Both the position numbers and the translations under genes were made by a program. Shown in pieces: positions 19,433-28,193 of a stretch of DNA of 64,000 nucleotides. The notes below the pieces were generated by a model. That model did not search any database. It was given only the letters and a program-made list of their open reading frames with translations, and was not told the DNA's origin. The number at the start of each line of letters is the position of its first letter. Position 1 is the first letter of the stretch. Origin of the DNA: a virus; IMG/VR virus record IMGVR_UViG_3300042545_001167, positions 52,710 to 116,709 of that record; one strand, 5' to 3'.

Positions 19433-19804
19433 TCATGAAGCATTATTCCTTCTTGGGCGATAACTATAAAGATTTGTGGGTTTTGGTGGTTTCATCCAGT
19501 CCTCTATTTTATCCAAACTATCTTCATTATAGAAGTCTTGTTGGACATACCACAACTTCCAATATTCATGTCCTTTGGATTGATTGCAAGAATGACAACA
19601 GCATACCACATTTCTTGTAATATCTAAACCACCTTTTGATTGTGGAACAACGTGGTCTAATGTTAGATTTTCTTCAGAGTTGCAGTAAGCACATTTATGA
19701 TTCCAACTTTCTTTTATGTGTTTTCTCCATAATCGTTTTGCTTCAGATGAACTTGTTGTCTGCAAATTAAACAAGTATTCTTGAGGCGACTGGAGAATAT
19801 CCAT
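19433..19804 (-). CDS. HNH endonuclease
   Basis: CAYC...LTLDHVVPQSKGG...NVVCCCHSCNQSKG; TAAATA late promoter at the gnd stop; start at MDILQSP. Confidence 0.85.
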   Translation of the reverse strand: MDILQSPQEYLFNLQTTSSSEAKRLWRKHIKESWNHKCAYCNSEENLTLDHVVPQSKGGLDITRNVVCCCHSCNQSKGHEYWKLWYVQQDFYNEDSLDKIEDWMKPPKPTNLYSYRPRRNNAS

Positions 19805-19832
19805 AAGTACCTGCGACTTGTGAATATTTATT

Positions 19833-20885
19833 TCACCTAACGTGGTGTCCTCCAAACATATAACGCATTCCGTTCAGGATTTTTGCTCCGAAGGATCCGA
19901 GATTGCGTGAGTTAAATCTTTCAAATAGTGCAGTAGTAATGACAGGAGCGGGAACCCCCAAATCCACAGCGGCAGAAACAGTCCAACGACCCTCACCGCT
20001 GTCGGATACGCCTCCAGAGAACTGTTTAAGGCTACCATCCCTGCGTAGCACATCAGCAGTAAGGTCAAGTAACCAAGACCCAACCACGCTACCACGACGC
20101 CATAACTCAGCAACCTCAGCAACATCAATATCATAGCAATAGGATTCTGGGTCTGCCATAGGGGCAACCTCTGCATCACCTTCTCTAACATACTGAGCAC
20201 CTGCATTAGCGTTCTTGATGATGTTAAATCCTTCTGCGTATGCTTGCATAATACCATACTCAATACCATTATGCACCATCTTTACAAAGTGTCCTGCACC
20301 TGGACCACCACAATGCAACCATCCATATTCAGCAGAAGTTATGTCTGAGTCAAACTGAGTCCTGGGGGCAGCATTGATTCCTGGGGAGAGTGCGTCAAAA
20401 ATGCGCGAACAAGTGGAGACTGCAGTATTTCCACCTCCAACCATAAGACAGTATCCACGATCCAAACCATAAACACCACCGCTAGTGCCACAATCAATAT
20501 ATTGGATACCAAGTTTTGCCAAGCGTTCTGCTCTCTTCCGACTGTCCTTAAAATTGCTATTGCCATGATCAATAATAATATCTCCTTCGTCACAATATCG
20601 TAGTAACTCATTGATTGTCTCCTCTACTGTTTCTGCAGGCACAACCATCATGAAGATGCCTGGACCATATTTGTCTGATACTCCGCTCTGAGTATGTTTT
20701 ACTACTTGAGCAAGGCTTTGTATAGAAGTTGTAACACCGTTAACATATCCGTTTTCGTATGCTTCTTGCGCTTTTTCATAGTTCCTACGATAACCCCAAA
20801 CTTCTATTCCTGCCTTCATCATACGACGGGACATACCTTCACCCATTCGTCCCAGTCCAATCAATCCAACTCTCATTTTTCCCAA
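19833..20885 (-). CDS. gnd: 6-phosphogluconate dehydrogenase
   Basis: GLGRMG, IDHGNS, DCGTSGG, GAGHFVKMVHNGIEYG, DSGEGRW, FGGH. Confidence 0.95.
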   Translation of the reverse strand: MGKMRVGLIGLGRMGEGMSRRMMKAGIEVWGYRRNYEKAQEAYENGYVNGVTTSIQSLAQVVKHTQSGVSDKYGPGIFMMVVPAETVEETINELLRYCDEGDIIIDHGNSNFKDSRKRAERLAKLGIQYIDCGTSGGVYGLDRGYCLMVGGGNTAVSTCSRIFDALSPGINAAPRTQFDSDITSAEYGWLHCGGPGAGHFVKMVHNGIEYGIMQAYAEGFNIIKNANAGAQYVREGDAEVAPMADPESYCYDIDVAEVAELWRRGSVVGSWLLDLTADVLRRDGSLKQFSGGVSDSGEGRWTVSAAVDLGVPAPVITTALFERFNSRNLGSFGAKILNGMRYMFGGHHVR

Positions 20886-21079
20886 TCCTCGTAAATTTTT
20901 CTAAAATAAACATCAACTTTTGACAAACTATCTAAATGAATATCACAAACATAATTATGATCATCACACCACTGAAGTGCAATCTCATGAAACTTTTCTT
21001 CACTTATAACTCTTTTAACACCATACAATCTGGAGAACGATGACATCACAAAATGCCAACATTGATCTTCAGATTTCAT
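20873..21079 (-). CDS. Hypothetical protein
   Basis: 68 aa overlapping both talC and gnd ends. Confidence 0.55.
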   Translation of the reverse strand: MKSEDQCWHFVMSSFSRLYGVKRVISEEKFHEIALQWCDDHNYVCDIHLDSLSKVDVYFRKIYEDWEK

Positions 21080-21734
21080 CTTTCTTATCTAAAACAGATT
21101 CCCAATCCTTCTGAAAAAGTTCTAGACCCTTATCAGTCATAATGTTCTTATACATTGCCCAGAATACAACGGGAGGAATTGTAACCACATCAGCACCAGC
21201 AAGAGCAGATTGTTCTACCTGCCTTACATCACGAAGAGATGCTGCAAGAATTTGTGTAGATGTTCCTGAGTAATCAAATGCCTTACGAATGTTTTTGATG
21301 AGTTCAATTCCATCTACAGAATTGTCCATCCAACGACCAACGAAAGGTGAGATGAATGTTGCTCCTGCTTTAGATGCAAGAATTGCCTGTGCCACTGAGA
21401 ACACAAGAGTTACATTAACTTTAATTCCTTTATCGGAAAGTGTCTTACAAACCTTAAGTCCCTCTACAGTACAAGGAACTTTGATTGTAACTGGAGGAGC
21501 AATTGTGTAATAATTTTGTGCTTGGGAAAGCATTTCTTCTGCGGTATCAGCAACAACTTCTGCAGAAATACTTTCTAGTTTTGAAAAAGAATTTGATATT
21601 TCTTCAATAACTTCTTGAAGTTGTCTACCACTTTTAAGAATCAAAGTGGGATTTGTAGTAACTCCATCTAATAGTCCAGTCTCATATGCTGGACTAATCA
21701 TTGAAACATCTGCGGTATCTAAAAAGATCTTCAT
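21069..21734 (-). CDS. talC: Transaldolase (TalC/fructose-6-P aldolase family)
   Basis: MKIFLDTAD, GVTTNP, IKVP, NVTLVFS, SPFVGR, LAASLR. Confidence 0.95.
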   Translation of the reverse strand: MKIFLDTADVSMISPAYETGLLDGVTTNPTLILKSGRQLQEVIEEISNSFSKLESISAEVVADTAEEMLSQAQNYYTIAPPVTIKVPCTVEGLKVCKTLSDKGIKVNVTLVFSVAQAILASKAGATFISPFVGRWMDNSVDGIELIKNIRKAFDYSGTSTQILAASLRDVRQVEQSALAGADVVTIPPVVFWAMYKNIMTDKGLELFQKDWESVLDKKDEI

Positions 21735-21812
21735 AAAAAAGTAAGAACTCATAAGTAATTATACGGAGTTCTTTCTAAGGTGTCAGATTTTGTTATGAAT
21801 TAAAGACATAAT

Positions 21813-21834
21813 AAAAAAGACCCCGAAGGGTCTT
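21813..21834 (-). terminator. Intrinsic terminator after psbD
   Basis: AAGACCC-TTCG-GGGTCTT followed by T-tract (UUCG tetraloop). Confidence 0.8.
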
Positions 21835-21840
21835 ATAAAA

Positions 21841-22902
21841 TCAAAGAGCATTTCCTCTAGGAAGAACTTCCTCAGGAAACACAAAGTTTTCGTGAGGTTG
21901 ATCTGCGGGTGCCATCCAAGCACGTAAACCTTCATTCAGAAGAATGTTCTTCGTGTAGAAGGTTTCAAACTCAGGGTCCTCTGCTGCACGAATCTCCTGA
22001 CTTACAAAGTCGTAAGCACGAAGATTAAGAGCCAAACCAATAATACCAATGCTACTAGTCCATAACCCCATGACAGGTACAAACAGCATGAAAAAATGAA
22101 GCCAACGCTTATTACTAAAAGCAATGCCGAAAATCTGTGACCAAAAACGATTTGCTGTAACCATTGAATAGGTTTCTTCTTCCTGGGTCGGTTCAAACGC
22201 TTTGAATGTATTTGCTTGCTCACTATCTTCAAATAGAGTGTTTTCTACAGTTGCTCCATGAATGGCACAGAGAAGTGCTCCACCCAGTATACCAGCAACT
22301 CCCATCATATGAAAGGGGTTAAGAGTCCAGTTGTGGAAACCTTGTAGGAACAGCAGGAAGCGGAAGATAGCAGCGACACCAAATGAAGGTGCAAAGAACC
22401 AACTGGATTGCCCCAGAGGATACATTAAGAATACAGAAACAAATACTGCGATAGGACCAGAGAATGCGATTGCATTATAAGGTCTGATACCTACCAGACG
22501 AGCAATCTCAAACTGACGAAGCATGAATCCAATCAGACTAAAGGCCCCGTGGAGTGCCACAAAAGTCCAGAGTCCCCCAAGTTGGACCCAGCGGACGAAA
22601 TCCCCCTGAGACTCAGGACCCCAAAGTAGAAGAAGAGAATGACCCATAGCGTCAGCAGGCGTTGACACAGCTGCTGTGAGGAAATTAGCGCCCTCAAGGT
22701 AACTAGACGCCAACCCGTGGGTGTACCAACTAGTAACAAACGTTGTGCCAGTAAGCCAGCCACCAAGCGCCAGATAAGCAGTGGGAAAAAGAAGTAATCC
22801 AGACCAACCAACAAAGACAAAGCGATCTCGTTTAAGCCAGTCATCCAGGACATCAAACCATCCTCGTTGTGAAATAGGTTGTGAAAGTGTTGAAGAAGTC
22901 AT
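21841..22902 (-). CDS. psbD: Photosystem II D2 protein
   Basis: [23 protein letters not shown]...[10 protein letters not shown]; GAGG RBS before MTSSTL. Confidence 0.98.
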   Translation of the reverse strand: MTSSTLSQPISQRGWFDVLDDWLKRDRFVFVGWSGLLLFPTAYLALGGWLTGTTFVTSWYTHGLASSYLEGANFLTAAVSTPADAMGHSLLLLWGPESQGDFVRWVQLGGLWTFVALHGAFSLIGFMLRQFEIARLVGIRPYNAIAFSGPIAVFVSVFLMYPLGQSSWFFAPSFGVAAIFRFLLFLQGFHNWTLNPFHMMGVAGILGGALLCAIHGATVENTLFEDSEQANTFKAFEPTQEEETYSMVTANRFWSQIFGIAFSNKRWLHFFMLFVPVMGLWTSSIGIIGLALNLRAYDFVSQEIRAAEDPEFETFYTKNILLNEGLRAWMAPADQPHENFVFPEEVLPRGNAL

Positions 22903-22922
22903 AACCTCATATGTATTTCTCA

Positions 22923-22956
22923 TATTTATCTTAACATAAGTTAACAAAGGGGTCAA
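22923..22956 (-). promoter_or_regulatory. psbD promoter: sigma70-type TTGACC-17-TAAGAT with overlapping T4 late TAAATA
   Basis: - strand TTGACCCCTTTGTTAACTTATGTTAAGATAAATATG. Confidence 0.6.
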
Positions 22957-22969
22957 TGAGTGATTCTAC

Positions 22970-23089
22970 TCATTCATAAATCATCCCAACAGTCAGTAAG
23001 ACAAAGCAGAGTATGGTGAATACCATCATACCTACACCTGCCCAGATCACCCAGTTAGGCATAGGTTCGTGTTGAGTATTATGAGACAT
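22970..23089 (-). CDS. Small single-TM protein (39 aa; not in ORF track)
   Basis: MSHNTQHEPMPNWVIWAGVGMMVFTILCFVLLTVGMIYE. Confidence 0.5.
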   Translation of the reverse strand: MSHNTQHEPMPNWVIWAGVGMMVFTILCFVLLTVGMIYE

Positions 23090-23513
23090 TGAGATATTGA
23101 ATCATTTTTTGTAAGGTATCTATATTATCTCCTACAAGACCCAATGCGGTATTGCAATGATGACAAAGTAGTTTTCTTACTTTACCAGTATTGTGGCAGT
23201 GGTCTACAACAAAATAATTGCTCGTATGTCTACCACCAGGTTCAGTTGTTTTGCAAATAGCACACTGATTATTTTGTTCTGCAAGCATTACATCATAATC
23301 TTTCTGGGTGATACCATACATTCTTTTAAGTGCTTGTTCTCTTTTTATGATAGATGGAGTTGCAGAAACTCTTTTTTTAGTGCATTCTTTACAATGGTTA
23401 TGTCTGGTGTTTGGCGATTGCTTTCCACCTCTTTTATAAAACTCTACAATATCTTTTGTCATCCCGCACTTGGTGCAAGTTTTAGTTCCAGTAGTTTGAG
23501 TAGGTCTAGACAT
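23079..23513 (-). CDS. Free-standing endonuclease VII-family homing endonuclease (F-CphI-like)
   Basis: CTKC...CKEC; YGIT...QNNQCAIC...VDHCHNTGKVRKLLCHHCNTALG; lies between psbA and psbD. Confidence 0.88.
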   Translation of the reverse strand: MSRPTQTTGTKTCTKCGMTKDIVEFYKRGGKQSPNTRHNHCKECTKKRVSATPSIIKREQALKRMYGITQKDYDVMLAEQNNQCAICKTTEPGGRHTSNYFVVDHCHNTGKVRKLLCHHCNTALGLVGDNIDTLQKMIQYLNVS

Positions 23514-23545
23514 TCGTGTATTATATTCGTGTATTATTATATATG

Positions 23546-23572
23546 AAAAAAGGGACTTTTGCAAGTCCCTTT
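23546..23572 (-). terminator. Intrinsic terminator after psbA
   Basis: AAAGGGACTT-GCAA-AAGTCCCTTTTTT. Confidence 0.75.
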
Positions 23573-23596
23573 GAGTATTATTCAGTTTTAGGAAAC

Positions 23597-24679
23597 TCAA
23601 CCAATGGAAGGAGCAGTCAGAGCAACAGGAGTTGCTTCGGCAGCAGCGAGGTCCAGAGGAAAATTGTGAGCATTCCTTTCATGCATAACTTCCATGCCCA
23701 GTCCAGCACGGTTGAGAACATCAGCCCAGGTGTTAACTACACGGTTCTGACTATCAACGATTGATTGGTTAAAGTTGAAACCATTCAAGTTAAATGCCAT
23801 CGTAGAAACACCAAGAGCAGTGAACCAGATGCCAACTACAGGCCAAGCAGCAAGGAAGAAGTGCAGCGAACGTGAGTTATTAAAGGAAGCATATTGGAAG
23901 ATAAGGCGACCAAAGTAACCGTGAGCAGCTACAATGTTGTAGGTCTCTTCTTCTTGTCCGAACTTGTAACCGTAGTTCTGTGACTCATTTTCTGTAGTCT
24001 CACGTACAAGACTAGAGGTGACAAGAGATCCGTGCATAGCAGAGAAAAGAGAACCACCGAAGACACCAGCAACTCCCAACATGTGGAAAGGATGCATAAG
24101 AATGTTGTGTTCTGCCTGGAAAACAAGCATGTAGTTGAAAGTTCCCGAAATCCCCAGAGGCATTGCATCAGAGAAGGATCCTTGACCGAAGGGATAGACC
24201 AGGAACACTGCAGAAGCAGCAGCAACGGGTGCAGAGTAGGCAACACAAATCCAAGGACGCATACCAAGTCGGTAAGAAAGTTCCCATTCGCGTCCCATGT
24301 AAGCATAGATGCCAATCAGAAAGTGGAATACGACCAGTTGGAAAGGTCCACCATTATATAGCCATTCATCAAGAGAAGCAGCTTCCCAGATGGGATAGAA
24401 GTGAAGTCCGATTGCATTAGAAGAAGGAATAACAGCACCAGAGATGATGTTGTTTCCGTACATGAGTGAACCAGCAACGGGTTCACGGATACCATCAATG
24501 TCCACAGGGGGAGCACCAATGAATGCAATGATGAAACAAGTAGCAGCAGCAAGCAGCGTTGGAATCATCAGAACACCGAACCAACCAACATAAAGACGGT
24601 TATCGGTTGAAGTAATCCAGGAACAGAATTGTTCCCAAAGGTTTTCGCCAGAACGGCGTGAAGCGATTGAAGCAGTCAT
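23597..24679 (-). CDS. psbA: Photosystem II D1 protein (intronless)
   Basis: NRLYVGWFG...[10 protein letters not shown]...[14 protein letters not shown]; continuous 360 aa. Confidence 0.99.
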   Translation of the reverse strand: MTASIASRRSGENLWEQFCSWITSTDNRLYVGWFGVLMIPTLLAAATCFIIAFIGAPPVDIDGIREPVAGSLMYGNNIISGAVIPSSNAIGLHFYPIWEAASLDEWLYNGGPFQLVVFHFLIGIYAYMGREWELSYRLGMRPWICVAYSAPVAAASAVFLVYPFGQGSFSDAMPLGISGTFNYMLVFQAEHNILMHPFHMLGVAGVFGGSLFSAMHGSLVTSSLVRETTENESQNYGYKFGQEEETYNIVAAHGYFGRLIFQYASFNNSRSLHFFLAAWPVVGIWFTALGVSTMAFNLNGFNFNQSIVDSQNRVVNTWADVLNRAGLGMEVMHERNAHNFPLDLAAAEATPVALTAPSIG

Positions 24680-24699
24680 TTGTTTAAAAGGGTAAGTAA

Positions 24700-24803
24700 A
24701 AGTCCAGGGGGGACTGGATGGTTACAGTATATCCCACAACACCCTCCATTGTGGGTATGAGAGACGTTTTTATACACCCCATAGGTCTCGGTTAGTGGGT
24801 GTT
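24700..24803 (-). ncRNA. PhotoRC-II-like structured RNA in the psbA 5' UTR
   Basis: ACACCC...GGGTGT stem with GAGAC/GTCTC pseudoknot pairing, CCCACAA/TTGTGGG and TCCAG/CTGGA stems; location upstream of psbA; name from recollection of the motif. Confidence 0.7.
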
Positions 24804-24847
24804 TGTCAATGTTAAGAATTATGAGAATTCCGTAACATTTGTTTACC

Positions 24848-24881
24848 TATTTATCATAACACTGTTAGCAAATACTGTCAA
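24848..24881 (-). promoter_or_regulatory. psbA promoter: TTGACA-17-TATGAT plus overlapping late TAAATA
   Basis: TTGACAGTATTTGCTAACAGTGTTATGATAAATA on - strand. Confidence 0.75.
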
Positions 24882-24960
24882 GAGGTCCAATTTCCTAGGT
24901 GGCACACGATAAATAAGAACCATTTTTCATAAATATTCTTATACCATTCGGAGTAATGCA

Positions 24961-25074
24961 GTGGCAAAATCTGCAAACAAAGGTAAGAAAGGATCTGCTG
25001 GTGGTAAGCAATCTAAACAAAACCAAGGTAATGCGACTGCGAAGAAAGCAAAAAACGGTGGTAAGAAAAAGTGA
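24961..25074 (+). CDS. Small highly basic peptide (37 aa; not in ORF track)
   Basis: GTG start, GGAG RBS, TAAATA at 24930; MAKSANKGKKGSAGGKQSKQNQGNATAKKAKNGGKKK. Confidence 0.65.
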   Translation: MAKSANKGKKGSAGGKQSKQNQGNATAKKAKNGGKKK

Positions 25075-25080
25075 GGATGT

Positions 25081-25272
25081 ATGCCAAGAGAGTGGAATAC
25101 TCCCAAACGTGAGTGTTGGAATGCTCCGATTCATAACATTCTAAAAGCAATAGACAATCACACTCAAGAATACTTCAAGAGTGGTGATGTTTGGCATCTA
25201 GAAAAAGCAGATATGCTAAGGAAATATCTACACGAACTTAAGACTTGGATACATAAAGAAGAAGGAAGATGA
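25081..25272 (+). CDS. Hypothetical protein
   Basis: 63 aa, GAGG RBS. Confidence 0.6.
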   Translation: MPREWNTPKRECWNAPIHNILKAIDNHTQEYFKSGDVWHLEKADMLRKYLHELKTWIHKEEGR

Positions 25273-25335
25273 AAAAATTATTCTTAATTGGTCTATTAAT
25301 TATAAGATTGATTACCAATGATGGAGTATTTTTAA

Positions 25336-25656
25336 ATGCCAGAAGAATACCACCAAGAAAACAATTCCCCGAAATCATCAGATTCATCAGAAGACCAGCC
25401 AAAAAAGGTAGGAAAAAATTTTCGTACTTTAGATAAACTTATTGCGTCTTTAGTGATATGTACCTTAGGATATATTGGAGTTACTTTTTTAAATTGTAAC
25501 TTTATGGTTCCAGGTTCACTGGAAAGAGCAGATGCTTTAGGTGGTTTAGTAAATCCCCCACCATTAGATTGCAAAGAATCTGAAAGTAGAGCATACAATG
25601 CATTGTTTACTCTACTCACTGCTCTGTTAGGTCTTAAAGCGAAGATGGAAGATTAA
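25336..25656 (+). CDS. Two-TM membrane protein, possible holin
   Basis: Two hydrophobic helices; convergent with the lysozyme gene. Confidence 0.4.
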   Translation: MPEEYHQENNSPKSSDSSEDQPKKVGKNFRTLDKLIASLVICTLGYIGVTFLNCNFMVPGSLERADALGGLVNPPPLDCKESESRAYNALFTLLTALLGLKAKMED

Positions 25657-26135
25657 GATACCCAGAGGTTCCCTTCCGCTTTTCTGCGTCTCGCTAATCC
25701 TGCCTCTACATTGCTACCAGGATTGCGGTAGAGATATAAAGCATCTGGAACTAAATTCCACTCTTTATTCTTCAATCTGCTCGTGATAGTATTAAACCCA
25801 CCAGCACCATAGAAATCAGCACCGAGATTGTAAGCAAAACTGAGAAGTGCTCCACGTTGATTATCATTCATTTCATTCCAATAAGGTATCTTTTGCAAAG
25901 AGGGTAGAAATCTATTTTCAACATCAAATAGCAATAAACTATCAGCATATTTTTGAGTAATAGTTCTTCCCATCTTAAAATAAGAACCATTAAAATCTCT
26001 AGTGCTTCCCCATCCTATTGTGATAGGAGGACCGCCAGTTTTTGGATCTGGATAGGCATTTAAATGACATCCCTCAAATTCTTTGATTAAATCAACACCA
26101 CATTGAGGGACTTTTAACTGTGATGTTGATTCTAC
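25653..26135 (-). CDS. GH24 phage lysozyme domain; lacks own start upstream of catalytic Glu, probably made by -1 frameshift from the upstream ORF
   Basis: Open frame VESTSQLKVPQCGVDLIKEFEGCHLNAYPDPKTGGPPITIGWGST...ALLSFAYNLG...GLARRRKAE; TGA at 26145-26147 closes the frame upstream. Confidence 0.85.
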   Translation of the reverse strand, partial: VESTSQLKVPQCGVDLIKEFEGCHLNAYPDPKTGGPPITIGWGSTRDFNGSYFKMGRTITQKYADSLLLFDVENRFLPSLQKIPYWNEMNDNQRGALLSFAYNLGADFYGAGGFNTITSRLKNKEWNLVPDALYLYRNPGSNVEAGLARRRKAEGNLWVS

Positions 26136-26833
26136 TTTTTTACATCAAAGATTCTACCCCATCCAGTTTTATCTTTACCATTTTCCAACCAACGATAAGT
26201 CAAATCAGACTTCTTATATACAGCACCTTTACCATTTGTTACTGGTCCAGTATATCCATCGTTCAGAGAACCGTAAGGATCATTTACAACATAGTCTTCA
26301 CCTTTCTTACCAATCACTACAACCATGTGCCCACCAGAAGGTGCAGATAGAGTACCGCGATGATAAATCCCGATAACAACAGGTCTCCCAGCGGCAAGCT
26401 CACGATCAAGATCAGAAAACCCAAGATTGTAACTAAAGTGTGACTTAACTCCATAACCATCCAAAACTTTTGTTTGGACAGAGTGATCAGTTGTATCACC
26501 AACTGCAAAGACTTTTTGGACGTAGGCGTCATCGCCCTTTGCTCCCTGAAGAGTTCCTGGTTTAAAGTACTCTAAACACATCGCACAAGAAGATGAATTA
26601 CAGGTTCTCTGTGCGTCTCTGTAATTATCTGTTTGTGGGAAATAAGGAACATTAAGAATTCCAGGAATTACTGGTTCTAATTTTGTTCTAAAAATTTTTA
26701 CCCAATTTGAAGTATCCTCAATCAAATCTGGATTCTTAATCGCAAGATCAACTTCAAGTTGTTCTACTGCAGCAACGTGCTTTGGATTCTTTGGATCGTA
26801 GTATTGAAAGAAGTTATGAAGATCTACTCTCAT
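26132..26833 (-). CDS. C39-like cysteine peptidase (endolysin N-terminal part)
   Basis: LNVPYFPQTDN...CNSSSCAM...GGHMVVVIG...VVNDPYG. Confidence 0.85.
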   Translation of the reverse strand: MRVDLHNFFQYYDPKNPKHVAAVEQLEVDLAIKNPDLIEDTSNWVKIFRTKLEPVIPGILNVPYFPQTDNYRDAQRTCNSSSCAMCLEYFKPGTLQGAKGDDAYVQKVFAVGDTTDHSVQTKVLDGYGVKSHFSYNLGFSDLDRELAAGRPVVIGIYHRGTLSAPSGGHMVVVIGKKGEDYVVNDPYGSLNDGYTGPVTNGKGAVYKKSDLTYRWLENGKDKTGWGRIFDVKK

Positions 26834-26864
26834 TGTTCCTAACCGTTCAGTAAATCTATTTATT

Positions 26865-26889
26865 AAAAAAGGAGGGATAAACCCTCCTT
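26865..26889 (-). terminator. Intrinsic terminator after peroxiredoxin
   Basis: AAGGAGGG-loop-CCCTCC followed by T6 on - strand. Confidence 0.7.
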
Positions 26890-26893
26890 CTCA

Positions 26894-27421
26894 TCAGACC
26901 AATTCTTCTTCTAGAATAGTAGATTTAATATAACTATAGACATTTTCGGGAGTAGTCTCTTCATAAGGATCAGAGTCAGCATTATCACGCTGTCCTGCTT
27001 CAACAAACAGTTTTTCAATAATACCTTTGTCTACCACAGCAGCGTAACGCCAAGAACGCTCACCGAAGCCAAGATTTGACTTGCTAACGAGCATACCCAT
27101 TGAACGGGTGAAGTATGCATTTCCATCGGGAATCAGTTTTACGTTTTGAATATTTTGATCTTGTGCCCAAGAATTCATCACAAAACCATCATTAACAGAG
27201 ATGCAGTAAATAGCATCAATACCCAGTGCTTGAAACTCTCCAAACTTTTCCTCAAATCCAGGAAGTTGATATGCAGAGCAAGTAGGAGTAAATGCCCCAG
27301 GCAGTGAGAAAATCACAACACGCTTACCATCAAAAAGTTCTGAGGATGTACGAATTACGAATTCTCCAGATTCACGAAATACGAATTGGACTTGTGGAAC
27401 TTGATAACCTTCTTTACGCAT
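26894..27421 (-). CDS. Peroxiredoxin (Prx5/type II)
   Basis: SLPGAFTPTCS, SVNDGFVM, PDGN, GFGERSWRY; GGAGG RBS before MRKEGY. Confidence 0.92.
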   Translation of the reverse strand: MRKEGYQVPQVQFVFRESGEFVIRTSSELFDGKRVVIFSLPGAFTPTCSAYQLPGFEEKFGEFQALGIDAIYCISVNDGFVMNSWAQDQNIQNVKLIPDGNAYFTRSMGMLVSKSNLGFGERSWRYAAVVDKGIIEKLFVEAGQRDNADSDPYEETTPENVYSYIKSTILEEELV

Positions 27422-27432
27422 TTTAACCTCCA

Positions 27433-27552
27433 TCAGAATACGCCAGGGATGATTTGACCAGTAGTGGCGTAAGTACCCATTGCAACGATAACTCCGATCA
27501 TTGCTGCCCAACCGTTAATACGTTCGGCACGTTCAGTAAAAAGATTTTTCAT
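27433..27552 (-). CDS. hli: High-light inducible protein (39 aa; not in ORF track)
   Basis: MKNLFTERAERINGWAAMIGVIVAMGTYATTGQIIPGVF. Confidence 0.9.
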   Translation of the reverse strand: MKNLFTERAERINGWAAMIGVIVAMGTYATTGQIIPGVF

Positions 27553-27824
27553 TTTGTTTCTCCTTGATAAGAATGGTGTTGTTTAAGTTCAGGATTAGAT
27601 TGAGAAGAAACCACAGGGTTTCTAGTTTTATTTTTGATGACGATAAACGCATCGTTCTGGTAAGTTACAGTTCCGTATGGTTTCGCCCACTTTGGATTAG
27701 CGTTGGGATTAGTAGCAGTTCCCGTAACTGCCACGCCACCAATGTTGACTTCCAATTCATCGTTAGTGTCCCATCCAAGTTTCTCAAGAGCAATCGCAAA
27801 TTGCCCTAACATTTCAGCACTCAT
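27549..27824 (-). CDS. Conserved cyanophage hypothetical protein
   Basis: 91 aa in hli operon. Confidence 0.6.
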   Translation of the reverse strand: MSAEMLGQFAIALEKLGWDTNDELEVNIGGVAVTGTATNPNANPKWAKPYGTVTYQNDAFIVIKNKTRNPVVSSQSNPELKQHHSYQGETK

Positions 27825-27909
27825 CAGTAAGTTTCTGCGACTTTCTCTACAGCATAACCCAAAAGTACAAAAAAGGCAACTGCAGTGAGTGTGAAGATTA
27901 CTTCAGTCA

Positions 27910-28119
27910 TCAGAATACACCGAAGAAAAAGTTACCAGTTGCTGCATAAGAAATAATGCCTGCTACAAATCCCAGCATTGCCCAACGACCATTAGCAAGT
28001 TCTGCTCGTTCGTTGTGCGTCATCATCCCATACTTAATAGCATCAGCATCAGAGATGTACATTTGGGGTTCGCGGGCAAACATATTTTGTTGTCCACGAT
28101 CATTAGTCGTTACAGTCAT
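27910..28119 (-). CDS. hli: High-light inducible protein
   Basis: MTVTTNDRGQQNMFAREP...AELANGRWAMLGF. Confidence 0.92.
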   Translation of the reverse strand: MTVTTNDRGQQNMFAREPQMYISDADAIKYGMMTHNERAELANGRWAMLGFVAGIISYAATGNFFFGVF

Positions 28120-28146
28120 TTTCGTTTTATTACGAATTGTTACACA

Positions 28147-28175
28147 ATTATATAGGAAAAATAAAGAGGTGTCAA
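28147..28175 (-). promoter_or_regulatory. Consensus sigma70 promoter of the hli operon
   Basis: TTGACA-17 nt-TATAAT. Confidence 0.8.
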
Positions 28176-28193
28176 GCACCCCCCTGTTATGAT

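Noticed and set aside
23597-24679. Group I intron in psbA; introns or inteins in nrdA/nrdB/thyX
   Set aside because: All reading frames are continuous and of normal length
24956-25144. 62-aa + strand ORF (and 24895-25134 on -)
   Set aside because: The overlapping 37-aa GTG-start frame has better RBS spacing and fits without overlapping the next gene
25653-25973. 106-aa lysozyme as called by the ORF track, or a lysozyme pseudogene
   Set aside because: The call lacks the catalytic N-terminus; the intact upstream frame, slippery site and pseudoknot favour programmed frameshifting over truncation or decay
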